From NCBI GenBank assembly GCA_947505655.1, contig CANNMD010000001.1, positions 6,048 through 70,047 on the forward strand: a stretch of DNA of 64,000 bases, in the 5' to 3' direction. The first letter of the stretch is position 1. Each line of letters begins with the position of its first letter. A program made the translations under genes and the position numbers. Below are positions 1 to 9,878 of the stretch, piece by piece. Below the pieces are notes generated by a model. That model was not told the DNA's origin. It saw only the letters and a list, made by a program, of their open reading frames with translations, and did not search any database. The stretch comes from Acidimicrobiaceae bacterium (GTDB lineage Bacteria > Actinomycetota > Acidimicrobiia > Acidimicrobiales > Ilumatobacteraceae).

Positions 1-375
1 GAGCGGCACCAGATGCCAAGGACCGTGATCGACGCGACAGTGAGCGAAGATCTGGCAATAGCTATCGAACTCCAACTCGCCGCGCACAAGGCGGTACGTG
101 AACTTGCCGGGCTCAACCGTGAATGGACTCACATTGCGCGCCACCTGCTCGTCGTCTTCGCTGCGGCCCTTGCGGAAGATGACCTCGAACACGCCGCTGC
201 CGGCCTCGTCGGGCGCGCACGAAATCAGCGCGACCAAGTGAGGAGAAACGGTGACGGGCACGGGTGAAGGCGCCGCCAGAGAGAACATTGCGCCAGTGAG
301 GTCGATGCGTGTCGACGGCCCAGGGGCCTGACGCATCTCGAAGTTCTCGACAAAGAGTGCTGAGACGATCTGCAT
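1..375 (-). CDS. hypothetical protein, N-terminal part only (ORF runs off the left window edge)
   Basis: Reverse frame is open from ATG (375-373) to position 1: 125 codons with no in-frame stop, checked triplet by triplet. It begins MQIVSALFVENFEMRQAPGPSTRIDLTGAMFSLAAPSPVPV. It is absent from the ORF track because no stop lies in the window. It sits 20 nt downstream of nagA on the same strand. No family recognised. Confidence 0.4.
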   Translation of the reverse strand, partial: MQIVSALFVENFEMRQAPGPSTRIDLTGAMFSLAAPSPVPVTVSPHLVALISCAPDEAGSGVFEVIFRKGRSEDDEQVARNVSPFTVEPGKFTYRLVRGELEFDSYCQIFAHCRVDHGPWHLVPL

Positions 376-395
376 GCGGCGAGGGTATCGGCTCG

Positions 396-1493
396 CTAAC
401 GAGCGCGGACGCCGTTCAGCCACACGCCGCCCACGCGAAGCTCGTCGTCGAGCTCGACAAGGTCGCCACGCTGACCAACGGCGATAACGCCCCGGTCGGC
501 ACAACCAATGAGGCGCGCCGGGTTGGTAGAGGCCGCACGCACTGCTTGCTCGAGCGACACCGAGCAATGGTTCACCACATTGCGGATCGCTGCATCCATC
601 GTGAGCGCGCTTCCGGCAAGCGTGCCATCGGCTAATCGGGGTGCGCCGTCGCTCATCGTGAGCCCAACGGCGCCGGCGGTTCCAGCGCGCCACGCAACGG
701 CGTCGGTCACCAGCACAACGCCTTGGGCATGCTTGGCCCGAAACGCGAGCTCGATCGCTAAGGGATGAAGATGGATCAGATCGGCGATGAGGCCCACCGT
801 GAGGCGATCATTCACGAGTGCGTACGCCGCGAGACCGGGGTCGCGGTGATGTACCCCCGACATTGCGTTGAACAGGTGAGTGGCCATCGCCGCGCCTGCT
901 TCGACCGCTGTGTCACATTGGGCGAGCGACGGCGTGCTGTGCCCGAGCGACACAAGAATGTTGCGCTCGACCAATAGCGCAATCGCTTCAGCGGCGAGTT
1001 CGAGTTCGGGCGCCAACGTGACTAAGCGCACGATGCTGGGCAACGATGCGAGCCAAGCAAGGTCGATGGGCGCAAGCATGTCGCGCCGATGTGCACCGGG
1101 AGCACCACCCAGAAACGGACCCTCGAGGTGTGCGCCGACGATGGCTGGTGCGCCGAGGGCCAACGCTTGCGCTTGCGCCTCAGCAATGCGGCGCAGGGGC
1201 AGTTCGTACCTCGGCAGCGGAGCGGTCACCAAGGTTGGGCACCACGAGGTGACGCCCTGCTCGATCAGCAGCTTGCCGATACGGATCCAGTCGCTTCCGT
1301 CAGCGCGCGACACATCGATATCGTCAACCCCATTGACCTGCAGGTCGACAAAACCAGGGACCAACGAACGATGCTGAACCGGCCCGCTTGCAGGGGCGAT
1401 GTCCACGATGACGCCGGTGTCATCGAGCGTGACCGAACTCGGCTGGGTCCACCCAGCGGGGGTGAGCACGGAGTTGGCAGTGATAACGGGCAC
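396..1493 (-). CDS. nagA: N-acetylglucosamine-6-phosphate deacetylase
   Basis: 365 aa with a GTG start. Amidohydrolase-fold NagA pattern: [10 protein letters not shown] near the N-terminus, LEGPFL, GHS, and HLFNAMS. Confidence 0.85.
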   Translation of the reverse strand: MPVITANSVLTPAGWTQPSSVTLDDTGVIVDIAPASGPVQHRSLVPGFVDLQVNGVDDIDVSRADGSDWIRIGKLLIEQGVTSWCPTLVTAPLPRYELPLRRIAEAQAQALALGAPAIVGAHLEGPFLGGAPGAHRRDMLAPIDLAWLASLPSIVRLVTLAPELELAAEAIALLVERNILVSLGHSTPSLAQCDTAVEAGAAMATHLFNAMSGVHHRDPGLAAYALVNDRLTVGLIADLIHLHPLAIELAFRAKHAQGVVLVTDAVAWRAGTAGAVGLTMSDGAPRLADGTLAGSALTMDAAIRNVVNHCSVSLEQAVRAASTNPARLIGCADRGVIAVGQRGDLVELDDELRVGGVWLNGVRAR

Positions 1494-1512
1494 GTCATGT
1501 ACAGTACGCGCA

Positions 1513-2124
1513 ATGGCCGACGCGACCGAGCAACTTTCGACGCGAGACCAGATCGTTATTGAGGCGCTGCATTGCTTTGCCGAGGCCGGTTACGACGGCA
1601 CCTCGCTGAACGACATCGCTGCTGCGGTTGGTATCCGCCGGCCCAGTCTGTTGCATCACTTCGCCTCGAAAGAGATCCTCTACGGCGAAGTGTTCGAGCA
1701 GTTGCTCTCCGATTGGTTCGAGCGCCTCACCGATGCCATCGGTAGCACCGAGAGCGGATGGACCAAGGTCGAGTCTGTGCTCATCGCGGGCTTTCAATTT
1801 TTCAGTGAGAACCCCGACTACGTGCGTCTCATGCGACGTGAAGCGCTCGACAACGGCGCCCACCTTGGTATCGACCTGTCGGGCGTTCTGCGTCCAGCGT
1901 TCGATAGTGCAGCGGCATATTTCCAACGCGAAATGGACAACGGCAACTTCCGCCAGCACGACCCAGAACAACTTTTGCTCACGGGCTATGGCGCGCTGCT
2001 GAGCTACTTCTCTGATGCACCATTTCTGGGCGGGCTGCTCGACGACGAGCCGCTGGCGAGCCCGATGCTCGAGCAACGCTTGCAGCATGTGCTCGGCTTC
2101 TTTCGTAGCGCCTTAGTTCCGTAG
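1513..2124 (+). CDS. TetR/AcrR family transcriptional regulator
   Basis: ATG at 1513 inside ORF 1399..2124. N-terminal HTH: [41 protein letters not shown]. Divergent from nagA. Confidence 0.85.
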   Translation: MADATEQLSTRDQIVIEALHCFAEAGYDGTSLNDIAAAVGIRRPSLLHHFASKEILYGEVFEQLLSDWFERLTDAIGSTESGWTKVESVLIAGFQFFSENPDYVRLMRREALDNGAHLGIDLSGVLRPAFDSAAAYFQREMDNGNFRQHDPEQLLLTGYGALLSYFSDAPFLGGLLDDEPLASPMLEQRLQHVLGFFRSALVP

Positions 2125-2183
2125 AGCAGCCAAGCTCCGGTTCTCGCTAGGTGGCGCGCTGCGGTAGTTGGCTACCGTTTGGC

Positions 2184-2966
2184 ATGGCAACTCTTCAGGT
2201 GGGCGAAGCAACAGTCGGATACGCAGTCGAAGGCGAAGGTATTCCGGTGCTGTTGTTTCACGGCACCACGATGGCGCGCACCTCATGGGACATGGTTCGC
2301 GCAGCGATGCCGCCGAACACCTACCAGTTCATCCTGTTCGAATTCCCTGGCAGCGGCGAGTCGTCGATGCCGACCGGCGCTCTCACTATCGAAGGCATCG
2401 TCGACCAAGCGCTCACACTGATGACCAAGCTCGGACACCAGACCTTTCATGTCGGCGGTTATTCGCTCGGGGCCGTGGTTGCACTCGCTACCGCGGCGAT
2501 CGCGCCACAGCGTGTTCTGTCCACCACATCGTTGAGTGGCTGGGCTGTGTCCGATGCGCGCATGCGCGTCACGTTCGAGTTGTGGAACCGGCTCATCGCT
2601 GCCGACCCCGAGTTGTTCATGCGCTACGCCATGGCCGACGGCTTCACCGTTACTGCGCTCACGATGCTTGAACCAATGCTCGAAGCAATGATCCCTATGG
2701 GCGCCGGCACACTCGCTGCAGGCTCCGGCGCGCAACTTGAACTCGACAAGGTGCTTGATATCACCGAGCTGTTGCCTGCCATTGCGTGTCCAACGCTGAT
2801 CATTGGAGGCACCGAAGATCGCTGGGTCGACATCACCCATAGCCGTTCGCTTGCCGACGAGATTCACTCGGCCCAACTCGTTGAACTGCCTGCGGGCCAT
2901 CTCGCCATTCAAGAGCTCGCCAGCGACGTAGCAACGCTCCTTCACGCTCACATCGCGGGCGTATGA
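2184..2966 (+). CDS. alpha/beta hydrolase fold protein
   Basis: PVLLFHG oxyanion region, nucleophile elbow GYSLGA, and a C-terminal GH. The ATG at 2184 is preferred over the ORF-track start at 2151. Confidence 0.8.
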   Translation: MATLQVGEATVGYAVEGEGIPVLLFHGTTMARTSWDMVRAAMPPNTYQFILFEFPGSGESSMPTGALTIEGIVDQALTLMTKLGHQTFHVGGYSLGAVVALATAAIAPQRVLSTTSLSGWAVSDARMRVTFELWNRLIAADPELFMRYAMADGFTVTALTMLEPMLEAMIPMGAGTLAAGSGAQLELDKVLDITELLPAIACPTLIIGGTEDRWVDITHSRSLADEIHSAQLVELPAGHLAIQELASDVATLLHAHIAGV

Positions 2967-3406
2967 GCCGCGCCGAGCAATTCGCCGCGCTGCCCGAAGA
3001 CGTCGCTGCGCGCTGGCTGAAATTCGGAAACTGGGATCGCATTTTTTTCCCATCATTCCTCGGGATGACGGTCCAAGAAGTGCGGGCCGATTACTGCCGG
3101 ATGCTCATGCTGTATAAGCCCGAGCTCGATCAGCCCCAAGGACTCGTGCACGGGGGCGCCATTGCCTCACTGCTCGATGCCGTGGTCGTTCCGGCTGTCG
3201 GCGCTGCGTATGGCCGAGAGGTGCGCTTCTCAACAGTCGATATGCATGTGCAGTACATGAGCGCAGCGAAGCAGGAAGACCTCATTGCCGAGGGATGGGT
3301 CACCAAGCGCGGGCGCAGCGTGGTGTTCTGTGAATCGGAAGCCATCGGCGCTACTTCCGGCAAGGTGGTGGCGCGAAGCGTGCTCACCTACAACGTGAGC
3401 GCGTAG
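2963..3406 (+). CDS. PaaI-family (hotdog fold) thioesterase
   Basis: 147 aa. GLVHGGAIASLLDAVV motif typical of PaaI/YbgC-like thioesterases. ATGA stop/start overlap with the upstream hydrolase. Confidence 0.8.
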   Translation: MSRAEQFAALPEDVAARWLKFGNWDRIFFPSFLGMTVQEVRADYCRMLMLYKPELDQPQGLVHGGAIASLLDAVVVPAVGAAYGREVRFSTVDMHVQYMSAAKQEDLIAEGWVTKRGRSVVFCESEAIGATSGKVVARSVLTYNVSA

Positions 3407-3484
3407 CCCTCGCAATCAGTTGGCGTGCACACAAACGTTTGCGCGAAGTCGCGTCTGGCAGCCCCGAATCGCTACGGTACGCAT

Positions 3485-5644
3485 GTGTCAAACAGCGGTC
3501 ATACCCTTTCTGAATCTGCTTCCAAGGCGCTCCTGCGCGAGTACGGAGTGCCAATCGCCGACGAGCGCGAGGTTGCAACAGCGGCGGCTGCCGCGATCGC
3601 TGCTACAGAACTCGGCTACCCAGTTGTTGTGAAGTTGTGCGGCGACGCCATTGCTCACAAGACCGAGCGCGGCCTGGTCAAGCTGCGATTGGCCGACGCC
3701 GCGGCCGTCGAGACCGCCGCAGCCGAACTGCTCTCAAAGGCCACGCCTGAAGACGGGCCTGTCTCGCTGCTTGTCGCTCCGATGATCTCAGGCAACCGCG
3801 AACTCATTGCGGGCGTATTGCGCGACGCCCAGTTCGGCGCCACCGTGATGCTCGGAGTTGGGGGAGTCCTCGCCGAGGCCATCGCCGATGTTGTGTTTCG
3901 GCCCGCACCGCTGAGCCGCCTTGAGGCCGGCGAGATGATCGACAGCCTTGCGACCCAGAAGCTTCTTGGCGCGTTCCGCGGCGAAAGCACTGTGAACCGC
4001 AGCGAACTCATCGACGTCATCGTGGGCCTCGGCGCCGTGGTGACCGCCCGCCCCGATGTGCGCAGCATCGATGTAAACCCGCTCATCGTGCGCTCCGATG
4101 GCAGCCCTATTGCTGTAGACGCGCTTGTCGAAGTCGGCGAACCAGAGAACGAAGCACACGTCGTGCACACGCCTCCTACGGCCGAGCAATTCAATGCACT
4201 GTTTAACCCGCGTGGCGTGCTGGTCACCGGAGCATCAACGCACCCCGGAAAGTTTGGGTTCGTGTCGCTGCACAACATTCTTGCCAGTGGTTACGCGGGT
4301 GGCGTGTACGGCACCAACCTTCATGGTGAAGAAGTCCTTGGCATTCGCACCGTTGCCGATATCGCCCAGTTGCCCGATGGCGAGATCGACTTGGTCTTCG
4401 TCTGCACGCCAGCGTCTGCAAACCCAGCACTGCTGCGTGCATGCGCCGCCAAGGGCGTGAAGGCTGCGTTTCTCACGAGCGCCGGCTACGGCGAAGCGGG
4501 CGAAGAAGGGCGCAAGGCCGAAGCCGACCTCATTGCTCTCGCTCACGAACTCGGCATCTTGTTGGCCGGACCAAACGGCCAAGGCGTCGTCAGTACTCCG
4601 GTGCAACTGTGCGCGCAGATCGTGGCGCCATATCCGCCGGCTGGTCACATCGGTGTCGCAAGCCAGAGTGGCAACTTCGTGTCGAGCTTCCTGAACTATT
4701 CGCGAGCGTCGGGTGTTGGCATTAGTCGCGCTGTCTCAGCTGGCAACGCCGCTGCAGTCAACGTGGCCGACTATCTCGAGTTCTACGCAAACGACCCCGA
4801 GACCAAAGTGGGCCTCGCCTATGTCGAAGGCATTACCGACGGCCGAAGCCTGCTCCAGCGTTTCGCCGGTGTGGCAGCAAAGAAGCCACTCGTCATCGTC
4901 AAGGGCGGCTCCACTGCTGCTGGTGCTGCTGCAGCCGCAAGCCACACCGGTGCGCTCGCTGCCGACGACAAAGTGTTCGACGGCGCTTGCAAGGCCGCGG
5001 GCGTCACCCGCGCCACCACTGTTGAAGAGGCGTTCGAGGCTGCAGCCACCTTTGCGACTCAGCCGCTTCCCAAGGGTCCAAACGTGATCGTGCTCACCAC
5101 TGCGGGCGGATGGGGCGTTGTCACCAGCGATGCGCTGTATCGCGACGGTCTACTGCAACTCATGCCATTACCGGCCGACCTTGAGGCACAGATCGATACT
5201 AAGTTGCCGCCTCGATGGAGCCGCAACAACCCGGTTGACTGCGCGGGCGGCGAAGTTCGTGACACGATTCCCGAAGTGATGGAGATGATCGCAGCACACC
5301 CCGACGTTCATGCCATCGTGTACCTCGGCCTCGGCATTCAGAGCAATCAGGCGCGGCTCATGGCCGAAGGGCACTTCTATCCAGGCGACGGACTCGAGCG
5401 CATCGTGTCGTATCACCGTCGCCAAGACGAGCGCTTCGCGCAGGCCGCCGACGAACTGTCACGCCGTTACGACAAGCCGATTCTCACCGCCACTGAGTTG
5501 GCCGTAGCCGACCCTGACAACGCAGGCCCTGTGGCCGTGCGCGCCAGCGGCCGCCTGTGCTACGCGTCGGGCAACCGTGCCGTCACTGCGCTCGGGCACC
5601 TCTACCGCTACGCAGAGTTCCGGCGCACGCGAGGCTTCGATTGA
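3485..5644 (+). CDS. ADP-forming acetate/acyl-CoA ligase family protein (ATP-grasp + CoA-binding + ligase-CoA domains)
   Basis: N-terminal ATP-grasp (SESASKALLREYGVPI, YPVVVKL). Then a CoA-binding Rossmann domain (PRGVLVTGAS...GKFG) and succinyl-CoA-synthetase-like segments (GPNGQGV, SQSGN). ORF track starts at 3425; the GTG at 3485 fits the domain start better. Start is uncertain. Confidence 0.8.
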   Translation: MSNSGHTLSESASKALLREYGVPIADEREVATAAAAAIAATELGYPVVVKLCGDAIAHKTERGLVKLRLADAAAVETAAAELLSKATPEDGPVSLLVAPMISGNRELIAGVLRDAQFGATVMLGVGGVLAEAIADVVFRPAPLSRLEAGEMIDSLATQKLLGAFRGESTVNRSELIDVIVGLGAVVTARPDVRSIDVNPLIVRSDGSPIAVDALVEVGEPENEAHVVHTPPTAEQFNALFNPRGVLVTGASTHPGKFGFVSLHNILASGYAGGVYGTNLHGEEVLGIRTVADIAQLPDGEIDLVFVCTPASANPALLRACAAKGVKAAFLTSAGYGEAGEEGRKAEADLIALAHELGILLAGPNGQGVVSTPVQLCAQIVAPYPPAGHIGVASQSGNFVSSFLNYSRASGVGISRAVSAGNAAAVNVADYLEFYANDPETKVGLAYVEGITDGRSLLQRFAGVAAKKPLVIVKGGSTAAGAAAAASHTGALAADDKVFDGACKAAGVTRATTVEEAFEAAATFATQPLPKGPNVIVLTTAGGWGVVTSDALYRDGLLQLMPLPADLEAQIDTKLPPRWSRNNPVDCAGGEVRDTIPEVMEMIAAHPDVHAIVYLGLGIQSNQARLMAEGHFYPGDGLERIVSYHRRQDERFAQAADELSRRYDKPILTATELAVADPDNAGPVAVRASGRLCYASGNRAVTALGHLYRYAEFRRTRGFD

Positions 5645-7074
5645 TCCGACCAAAGGCTCCCACGCGACGGATTAACCCCATCGCAGTGCTCATTGTGTGC
5701 GCCATCGTGCCCGCCGTGCTTTTCGGCGCCATCTGGCAATGGGCCGATTCGCACCGCATTGCGTTGCCACCAGAACTGGTGGTCGTCGAGACGCCATTGC
5801 CCACTCCATCGGCGACACCGGTGCTGTCACTGCGCCGAGCCCCGCAGACGTTGGCGAATATGGCGAGCCGCGATGTGTTTGCAGCCGCACTGACTCCGGT
5901 GAGCACAATGGCCGTCGGCAACTCGTGCATGTATGTCTCGGTCGGCGGCCGAACGATTCTTGATTTCGGCGGCGGTCTCGCAGTTACTCCGGCGAGCAAT
6001 CTCAAGGTTCTGTTGGCGTCGGTTGCTCTCGAAGCGCTCGGACCCGACTATGCCTTCGTGACCACACTCAAAGGTACGGCCAACGCTGGCGTCATTGCCG
6101 GTGACCTGTACATCGTCGGCGGGGGAGACCCATTGCTGTCCACCGCCAACTACCCACCGACGCAAAAGTATCCGCCCACCAGCATCACATCGCTCGAAAC
6201 ACTTGTCGCCGATCTGGTGGCAGCGGGCGTTACTCAAGTGCAGGGCAACGTTGTCGGCGACGACTCTCGCTACGACACCGAGCGCTTCTCGGCGGCATGG
6301 GGGAGCGGTGTCGTGGGCGTTGAAGCGGGTCCACTCGGGGCCCTCATGGTGAACGACGCCAGCAGAACGGCCACTGGCAACGCAGGCGGCCGTTACTCAG
6401 ATCCGGCGTCAGGTGCAGCCACAGACCTGATCTCGCTATTGCGCGCATCCGGTATCACCGTTGGCGGCACGGCAACCACGGGCACAGCCCCAGCCGACCT
6501 CGCGGTTCTTGCCTCGATCACCTCGGCTCCGCTCACCGCAGTACTGGCCGAGATGCTGACGAACAGCGACAACAACACTGCCGAGTTGCTGCTCAAAGAG
6601 CTCGGTGTTCATGCTGGAAATGCCGGCAGCCGCCAAGCTGGCGCCGACGTGATGATGCTCACCTTGGCTGCTCGAGGCCTCGACACCAGCCAGCTCTCGA
6701 TCCACGATGGTTCCGGACTCGACTCGGCCGACAAGGTCACTTGCGCGCTGATGGTGCAGGTGCTTCAGAACGACGGCCTCGACAGCGCAGTCGGAGCCGG
6801 ACTCCCGATTGCTGGGCGAACCGGCACGCTTGCCGACGAGTTCGCCGGCACCGACGCTGTGGGCCGCATGCACGCCAAGACCGGTTCGTTGCGCAACACC
6901 AAAGCCTTGTCAGGTTTTGTCGAAACCAAGTTTGGCAACATCACATTCTCGCTGCTGTTGAACTTCGCCAACGCCCGCGATCCGAAGAACTTCAGGCCGA
7001 TCTGGTCGGCGTTGCAGGCAGCGCTCAATACCTATCCGTCGGGACCTGACCCGGCCACGCTGCAGCCTCGCTAG
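5641..7074 (+). CDS. dacB: D-alanyl-D-alanine carboxypeptidase/endopeptidase (PBP4, peptidase S13)
   Basis: N-terminal TM segment (PIAVLIVCAIVPAVLF), PASNLK (SxxK) motif, SDNN-like SDNNTAE, and KTGS (HAKTGSL). The TTG at 5641 overlaps the upstream TGA. ORF track begins at 5557 inside the previous gene. Confidence 0.8.
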   Translation: MIRPKAPTRRINPIAVLIVCAIVPAVLFGAIWQWADSHRIALPPELVVVETPLPTPSATPVLSLRRAPQTLANMASRDVFAAALTPVSTMAVGNSCMYVSVGGRTILDFGGGLAVTPASNLKVLLASVALEALGPDYAFVTTLKGTANAGVIAGDLYIVGGGDPLLSTANYPPTQKYPPTSITSLETLVADLVAAGVTQVQGNVVGDDSRYDTERFSAAWGSGVVGVEAGPLGALMVNDASRTATGNAGGRYSDPASGAATDLISLLRASGITVGGTATTGTAPADLAVLASITSAPLTAVLAEMLTNSDNNTAELLLKELGVHAGNAGSRQAGADVMMLTLAARGLDTSQLSIHDGSGLDSADKVTCALMVQVLQNDGLDSAVGAGLPIAGRTGTLADEFAGTDAVGRMHAKTGSLRNTKALSGFVETKFGNITFSLLLNFANARDPKNFRPIWSALQAALNTYPSGPDPATLQPR

Positions 7075-7106
7075 GGCGGTTTCGCGTCGGTCCTTTCAGT
7101 CATAGA

Positions 7107-7775
7107 GTGACGTCTATAGCTACGTTGCCAATGTTCCCTCTGGGCTCAGTGCTGTTCCCCGGCGCTGTACTGCCGCTACACGTCTTCGAACCGCGCTATC
7201 GCGAAATGGTTCGCGATTGTCTCGCCACCGAAGAACACGAGTTTGGCGTGGCACTCATTACCCGAGGCTCCGAGGTGGGCGGCGGCGACCTGCGCAGCAT
7301 GGTGGCCACGGTGGCGCGCCTGATCCAAGTGGCCGAGATCGACGATGGCAGATTTGCCTTGGTCACCATTGGCACTCGGCGCATTCGTGTCGATCGATGG
7401 CTAGAAGACAGCCCGTACCCGCGTGCTGAGATCAGCGACTGGTCCGACGAGCACTCTGACACGGGCCAATCGCCTGGCGATCTCGCCGCAATGTTCCAAC
7501 GCGTTCGCCGGCTCAATGCGCTTGCCAGCGAGATGGGCGACCGCCACGGCGATCCGATGGCCGAGATCAGCAACGATGTCGTGTTGGGCAGCTATCAACT
7601 GTGTTCGTTAGCGCCGCTCGGCGCATCTGATCAGCAGCATCTGCTCGCTGCGCCAGGCCCATCAGAGCGATTGGTGCGTCTTGGCCGGGCGCTCGACGAT
7701 GTTGAGGCGCTGCTTCAATTCCGTCTTCAGAACGAAACCGGGCTCGAATTGCCCCCTGATCCCGATCGCCCGTAG
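7107..7775 (+). CDS. LON N-terminal (substrate-binding) domain protein, stand-alone
   Basis: LPMFPLGSVLFPGAVLPLHVFEPRYREMV is the classic LON-N/PUA-like start. There is no AAA or protease domain. Confidence 0.8.
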   Translation: MTSIATLPMFPLGSVLFPGAVLPLHVFEPRYREMVRDCLATEEHEFGVALITRGSEVGGGDLRSMVATVARLIQVAEIDDGRFALVTIGTRRIRVDRWLEDSPYPRAEISDWSDEHSDTGQSPGDLAAMFQRVRRLNALASEMGDRHGDPMAEISNDVVLGSYQLCSLAPLGASDQQHLLAAPGPSERLVRLGRALDDVEALLQFRLQNETGLELPPDPDRP

Positions 7776-7809
7776 GAACTGACCTGCCCAACGTGCTACA
7801 AATAGTGCC

Positions 7810-8154
7810 GTGGCAAAAAAGGGATACACGCCTGCTTCGGCATCGAAGCCTGCCGATTCGGGCGACATCGCCGATGTCATCGAACTCGTTAAGGCCTATG
7901 CGAAGCAAGAAACGCTCGGACCGCTCAAGGGCATCGGTCGCAAGATCGGCTTTGGCCTTGCCGGCGCTACGTCGCTGGCCCTGTCGTTGTTCTTCATCTC
8001 GTTGGGCCTGTTGCGCCTCTTGCAGACCAAGGTTCACTCAATTGCACACGGCGCATGGTCGTTCGTGCCGTACCTGATTGTCTTCGTGGTCTGCGTGGCC
8101 ATCACCGGGTTCGCCTTGTCGCGAATCACCAAGATCGAAAAGGAATACAACTGA
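7810..8154 (+). CDS. small membrane protein (Holin-X/phage-holin-family-like, 2 TM)
   Basis: 114 aa with two hydrophobic helices (FGLAGATSLALSLFFISLGLL and VPYLIVFVVCVAITGFAL). The layout resembles the actinobacterial 'phage holin family protein' entries. No phage genes are nearby. Confidence 0.55.
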   Translation: MAKKGYTPASASKPADSGDIADVIELVKAYAKQETLGPLKGIGRKIGFGLAGATSLALSLFFISLGLLRLLQTKVHSIAHGAWSFVPYLIVFVVCVAITGFALSRITKIEKEYN

Positions 8155-8366
8155 TGGCACAGGCACAACAACGCGTCACCCGCGACGACCTCGAAGCCAA
8201 GTTCCGTGCCGTACAGGGCGATGTGCAGAGCAAGGTTGAAGACCGCAAGCAAACGCTGCTCGCTGGCGTCGTTGCCGGTGGCGTGATCTTGCTCATTGCG
8301 TTCTTCTTGATGGGGCGTCGTAGCGGCAAGAGCAAGAACACGTTTGTCGAAATTCGTAGGGTCTGA
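8154..8366 (+). CDS. small single-pass membrane protein
   Basis: ATG at 8154 overlaps the upstream TGA (ATGA). 70 aa: a charged helix, then the TM segment LLAGVVAGGVILLIAFFLMG, then a basic tail. Confidence 0.5.
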   Translation: MAQAQQRVTRDDLEAKFRAVQGDVQSKVEDRKQTLLAGVVAGGVILLIAFFLMGRRSGKSKNTFVEIRRV

Positions 8367-8369
8367 TCC

Positions 8370-8633
8370 ATGGCTCCTCGCCTCGGGCTCTCGCCATCGG
8401 CCTACATTCGTCGTCAGGGCCTGCGTAAAGGGCTGATGGGCGGCAACCGCAGTTGGCTCATTGTGGGCGGCACGGTGTGGGGTGTGCGCGTCCTGCGTCA
8501 AGCAATGGGCCGCAACGAGCGAGTCGTAGCCACCGAGATCCTCAAGCCCGGACAGGTACTGCGTCTCGAGGCGCTTCAGCCGCTGTCTCGCTCAGAGCGC
8601 AAGTCGCAGCGAGCAGCAAAATCTCGCCGCTGA
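8370..8633 (+). CDS. hypothetical small protein (one hydrophobic segment, basic C-terminus)
   Basis: 87 aa, starting 3 nt after the previous stop. Contains WLIVGGTVWGV. No family recognised. Confidence 0.45.
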   Translation: MAPRLGLSPSAYIRRQGLRKGLMGGNRSWLIVGGTVWGVRVLRQAMGRNERVVATEILKPGQVLRLEALQPLSRSERKSQRAAKSRR

Positions 8634-8727
8634 CAGGCAATCGCGCACCGTTACGCCGTGCGCGCCACCACAATGGTTGCTTGTTTGCGAACTGTCCGAA
8701 GGAAACACCTATGTCAGCGAGTCAGTC

Positions 8728-8928
8728 ATGAAAGTTCTTCTCCGTAACCCACGGCGCGAACTCGACATTCCTGGGCCCCGACGCGTGCATGCCCTGCTGA
8801 ACGACCTCGATCTCAACCGCGAGTCGCATCTCGTGATTCGCAACGGCACCTTGGTGCCCAGCGACGAAGAACTCGGCGCCGATGATGTCGTCGAGATTCG
8901 ACCAGTCATCAGTGGCGGTTCGCTGTGA
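8728..8928 (+). CDS. ThiS/MoaD/TtuB-like ubiquitin-fold sulfur-carrier protein
   Basis: 66 aa from the ATG at 8728. Beta-grasp-like sequence ending DDVVEIRPVISGG-SL. Its stop overlaps the GTG start of the ttuA-like gene (GTGA at 8925-8928). Confidence 0.65.
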   Translation: MKVLLRNPRRELDIPGPRRVHALLNDLDLNRESHLVIRNGTLVPSDEELGADDVVEIRPVISGGSL

Positions 8929-9878
8929 AGTGTCGCGTCTGTCGCGAACCAGCGATTATCGACGTACCCCGCCACAACGCCAACTTCTGTGCGCCGCACT
9001 TTCTCGATATGTGCCGCAAGCAAGTGCTCAAAGCCATCGATGACTTCGACATGCTCACCAAAGATGACCGCATCTTGGTCGCAGTGTCTGGCGGCAAAGA
9101 CAGCTTGGCCATCTGGGACATGCTCATCGACCTTGGCTACGAAGCCGACGGCCTCTACATCGGGCTCGGCATTGGCAGCTACAGCGATGTGTCCGGCGAC
9201 TACGCCCGGGCCTTTGCCGCCGAGCGCGGCCTGAAGCTTGTCGAGATCTCGCTGCGCGACGATTACGGCTACGACATCCCTACGGCAACGCGCGCAACTC
9301 GGCGTGTTCCTTGCTCGGCCTGTGGCATGAGCAAGCGCCATCTGTTCGACAAAGCGGCGCTCGACGGCAACTACACAGCGCTCGTCACCGGACACAATCT
9401 CGACGACGAGGCAGCGGTGCTCTACGGCAATACGTTGCGCTGGGAACTGCCGTATCTGGCCCGCCAGCTGCCAACGCTGCCGGCGCGCAACGGGTTCCCC
9501 AAGAAGGTCAAGCCGTTGGTTCGCTTGTCCGAGCGCGAGACAGCCGCTTGGTGCGTCGTTCGCGGCATCGATTATCTGGTCGATGAGTGCCCGATGGCCG
9601 CCGGCAATCGTCACCTCAATTACAAAGATGCGCTCAACAAGATTGAATCTCAGTCGCCGGGTACCAAGACCGCTTTCTATCTCAACTTCGTCGACAAGGT
9701 GGCACCGCTGCTCAGCGCGTTTGCCCTGAGCGACGATCTCGTACTGGCGCCGTGCAATTCGTGCGGCGCTCCGACCACTGGCGAAGTCTGCGCGTTCTGC
9801 CACCTGGTCAAGACCGCAAGCGCACACGAGCCGGTGCCGGTAGAACTGATCACCGGAAGAGGGGCTCGACGACGATGA
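8925..9878 (+). CDS. ttuA: TtuA/Ncs6-type tRNA 2-thiolation PP-loop ATPase (Fe-S dependent)
   Basis: N-terminal zinc finger CRVC...FCAPH. PP-loop SGGKDS. Putative Fe-S ligands in VPCSACGMSKRH and DECPMA. C-terminal zinc finger CNSCG...CAFC. Confidence 0.75.
   Translation: MKCRVCREPAIIDVPRHNANFCAPHFLDMCRKQVLKAIDDFDMLTKDDRILVAVSGGKDSLAIWDMLIDLGYEADGLYIGLGIGSYSDVSGDYARAFAAERGLKLVEISLRDDYGYDIPTATRATRRVPCSACGMSKRHLFDKAALDGNYTALVTGHNLDDEAAVLYGNTLRWELPYLARQLPTLPARNGFPKKVKPLVRLSERETAAWCVVRGIDYLVDECPMAAGNRHLNYKDALNKIESQSPGTKTAFYLNFVDKVAPLLSAFALSDDLVLAPCNSCGAPTTGEVCAFCHLVKTASAHEPVPVELITGRGARRR

Noticed and set aside
13-267. 84-aa + strand ORF at the window start
   Set aside because: It is the same-register mirror of the longer open minus-strand frame (1-375), which continues beyond the window and looks more protein-like. 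Neither has a recognised family, so only the minus frame is reported, at low confidence.
7810-8633. Holin-like small membrane genes as a sign of a prophage
   Set aside because: No lysin, capsid, tail, integrase or att-like repeats are nearby. The flanking genes are core housekeeping. This family is widespread in actinobacterial chromosomes.
8709-9827. 372-aa ORF on the minus strand
   Set aside because: It is antisense to the motif-rich ttuA-like gene. It is Arg/Ala-rich with no recognisable motif. This is the typical high-GC shadow ORF.
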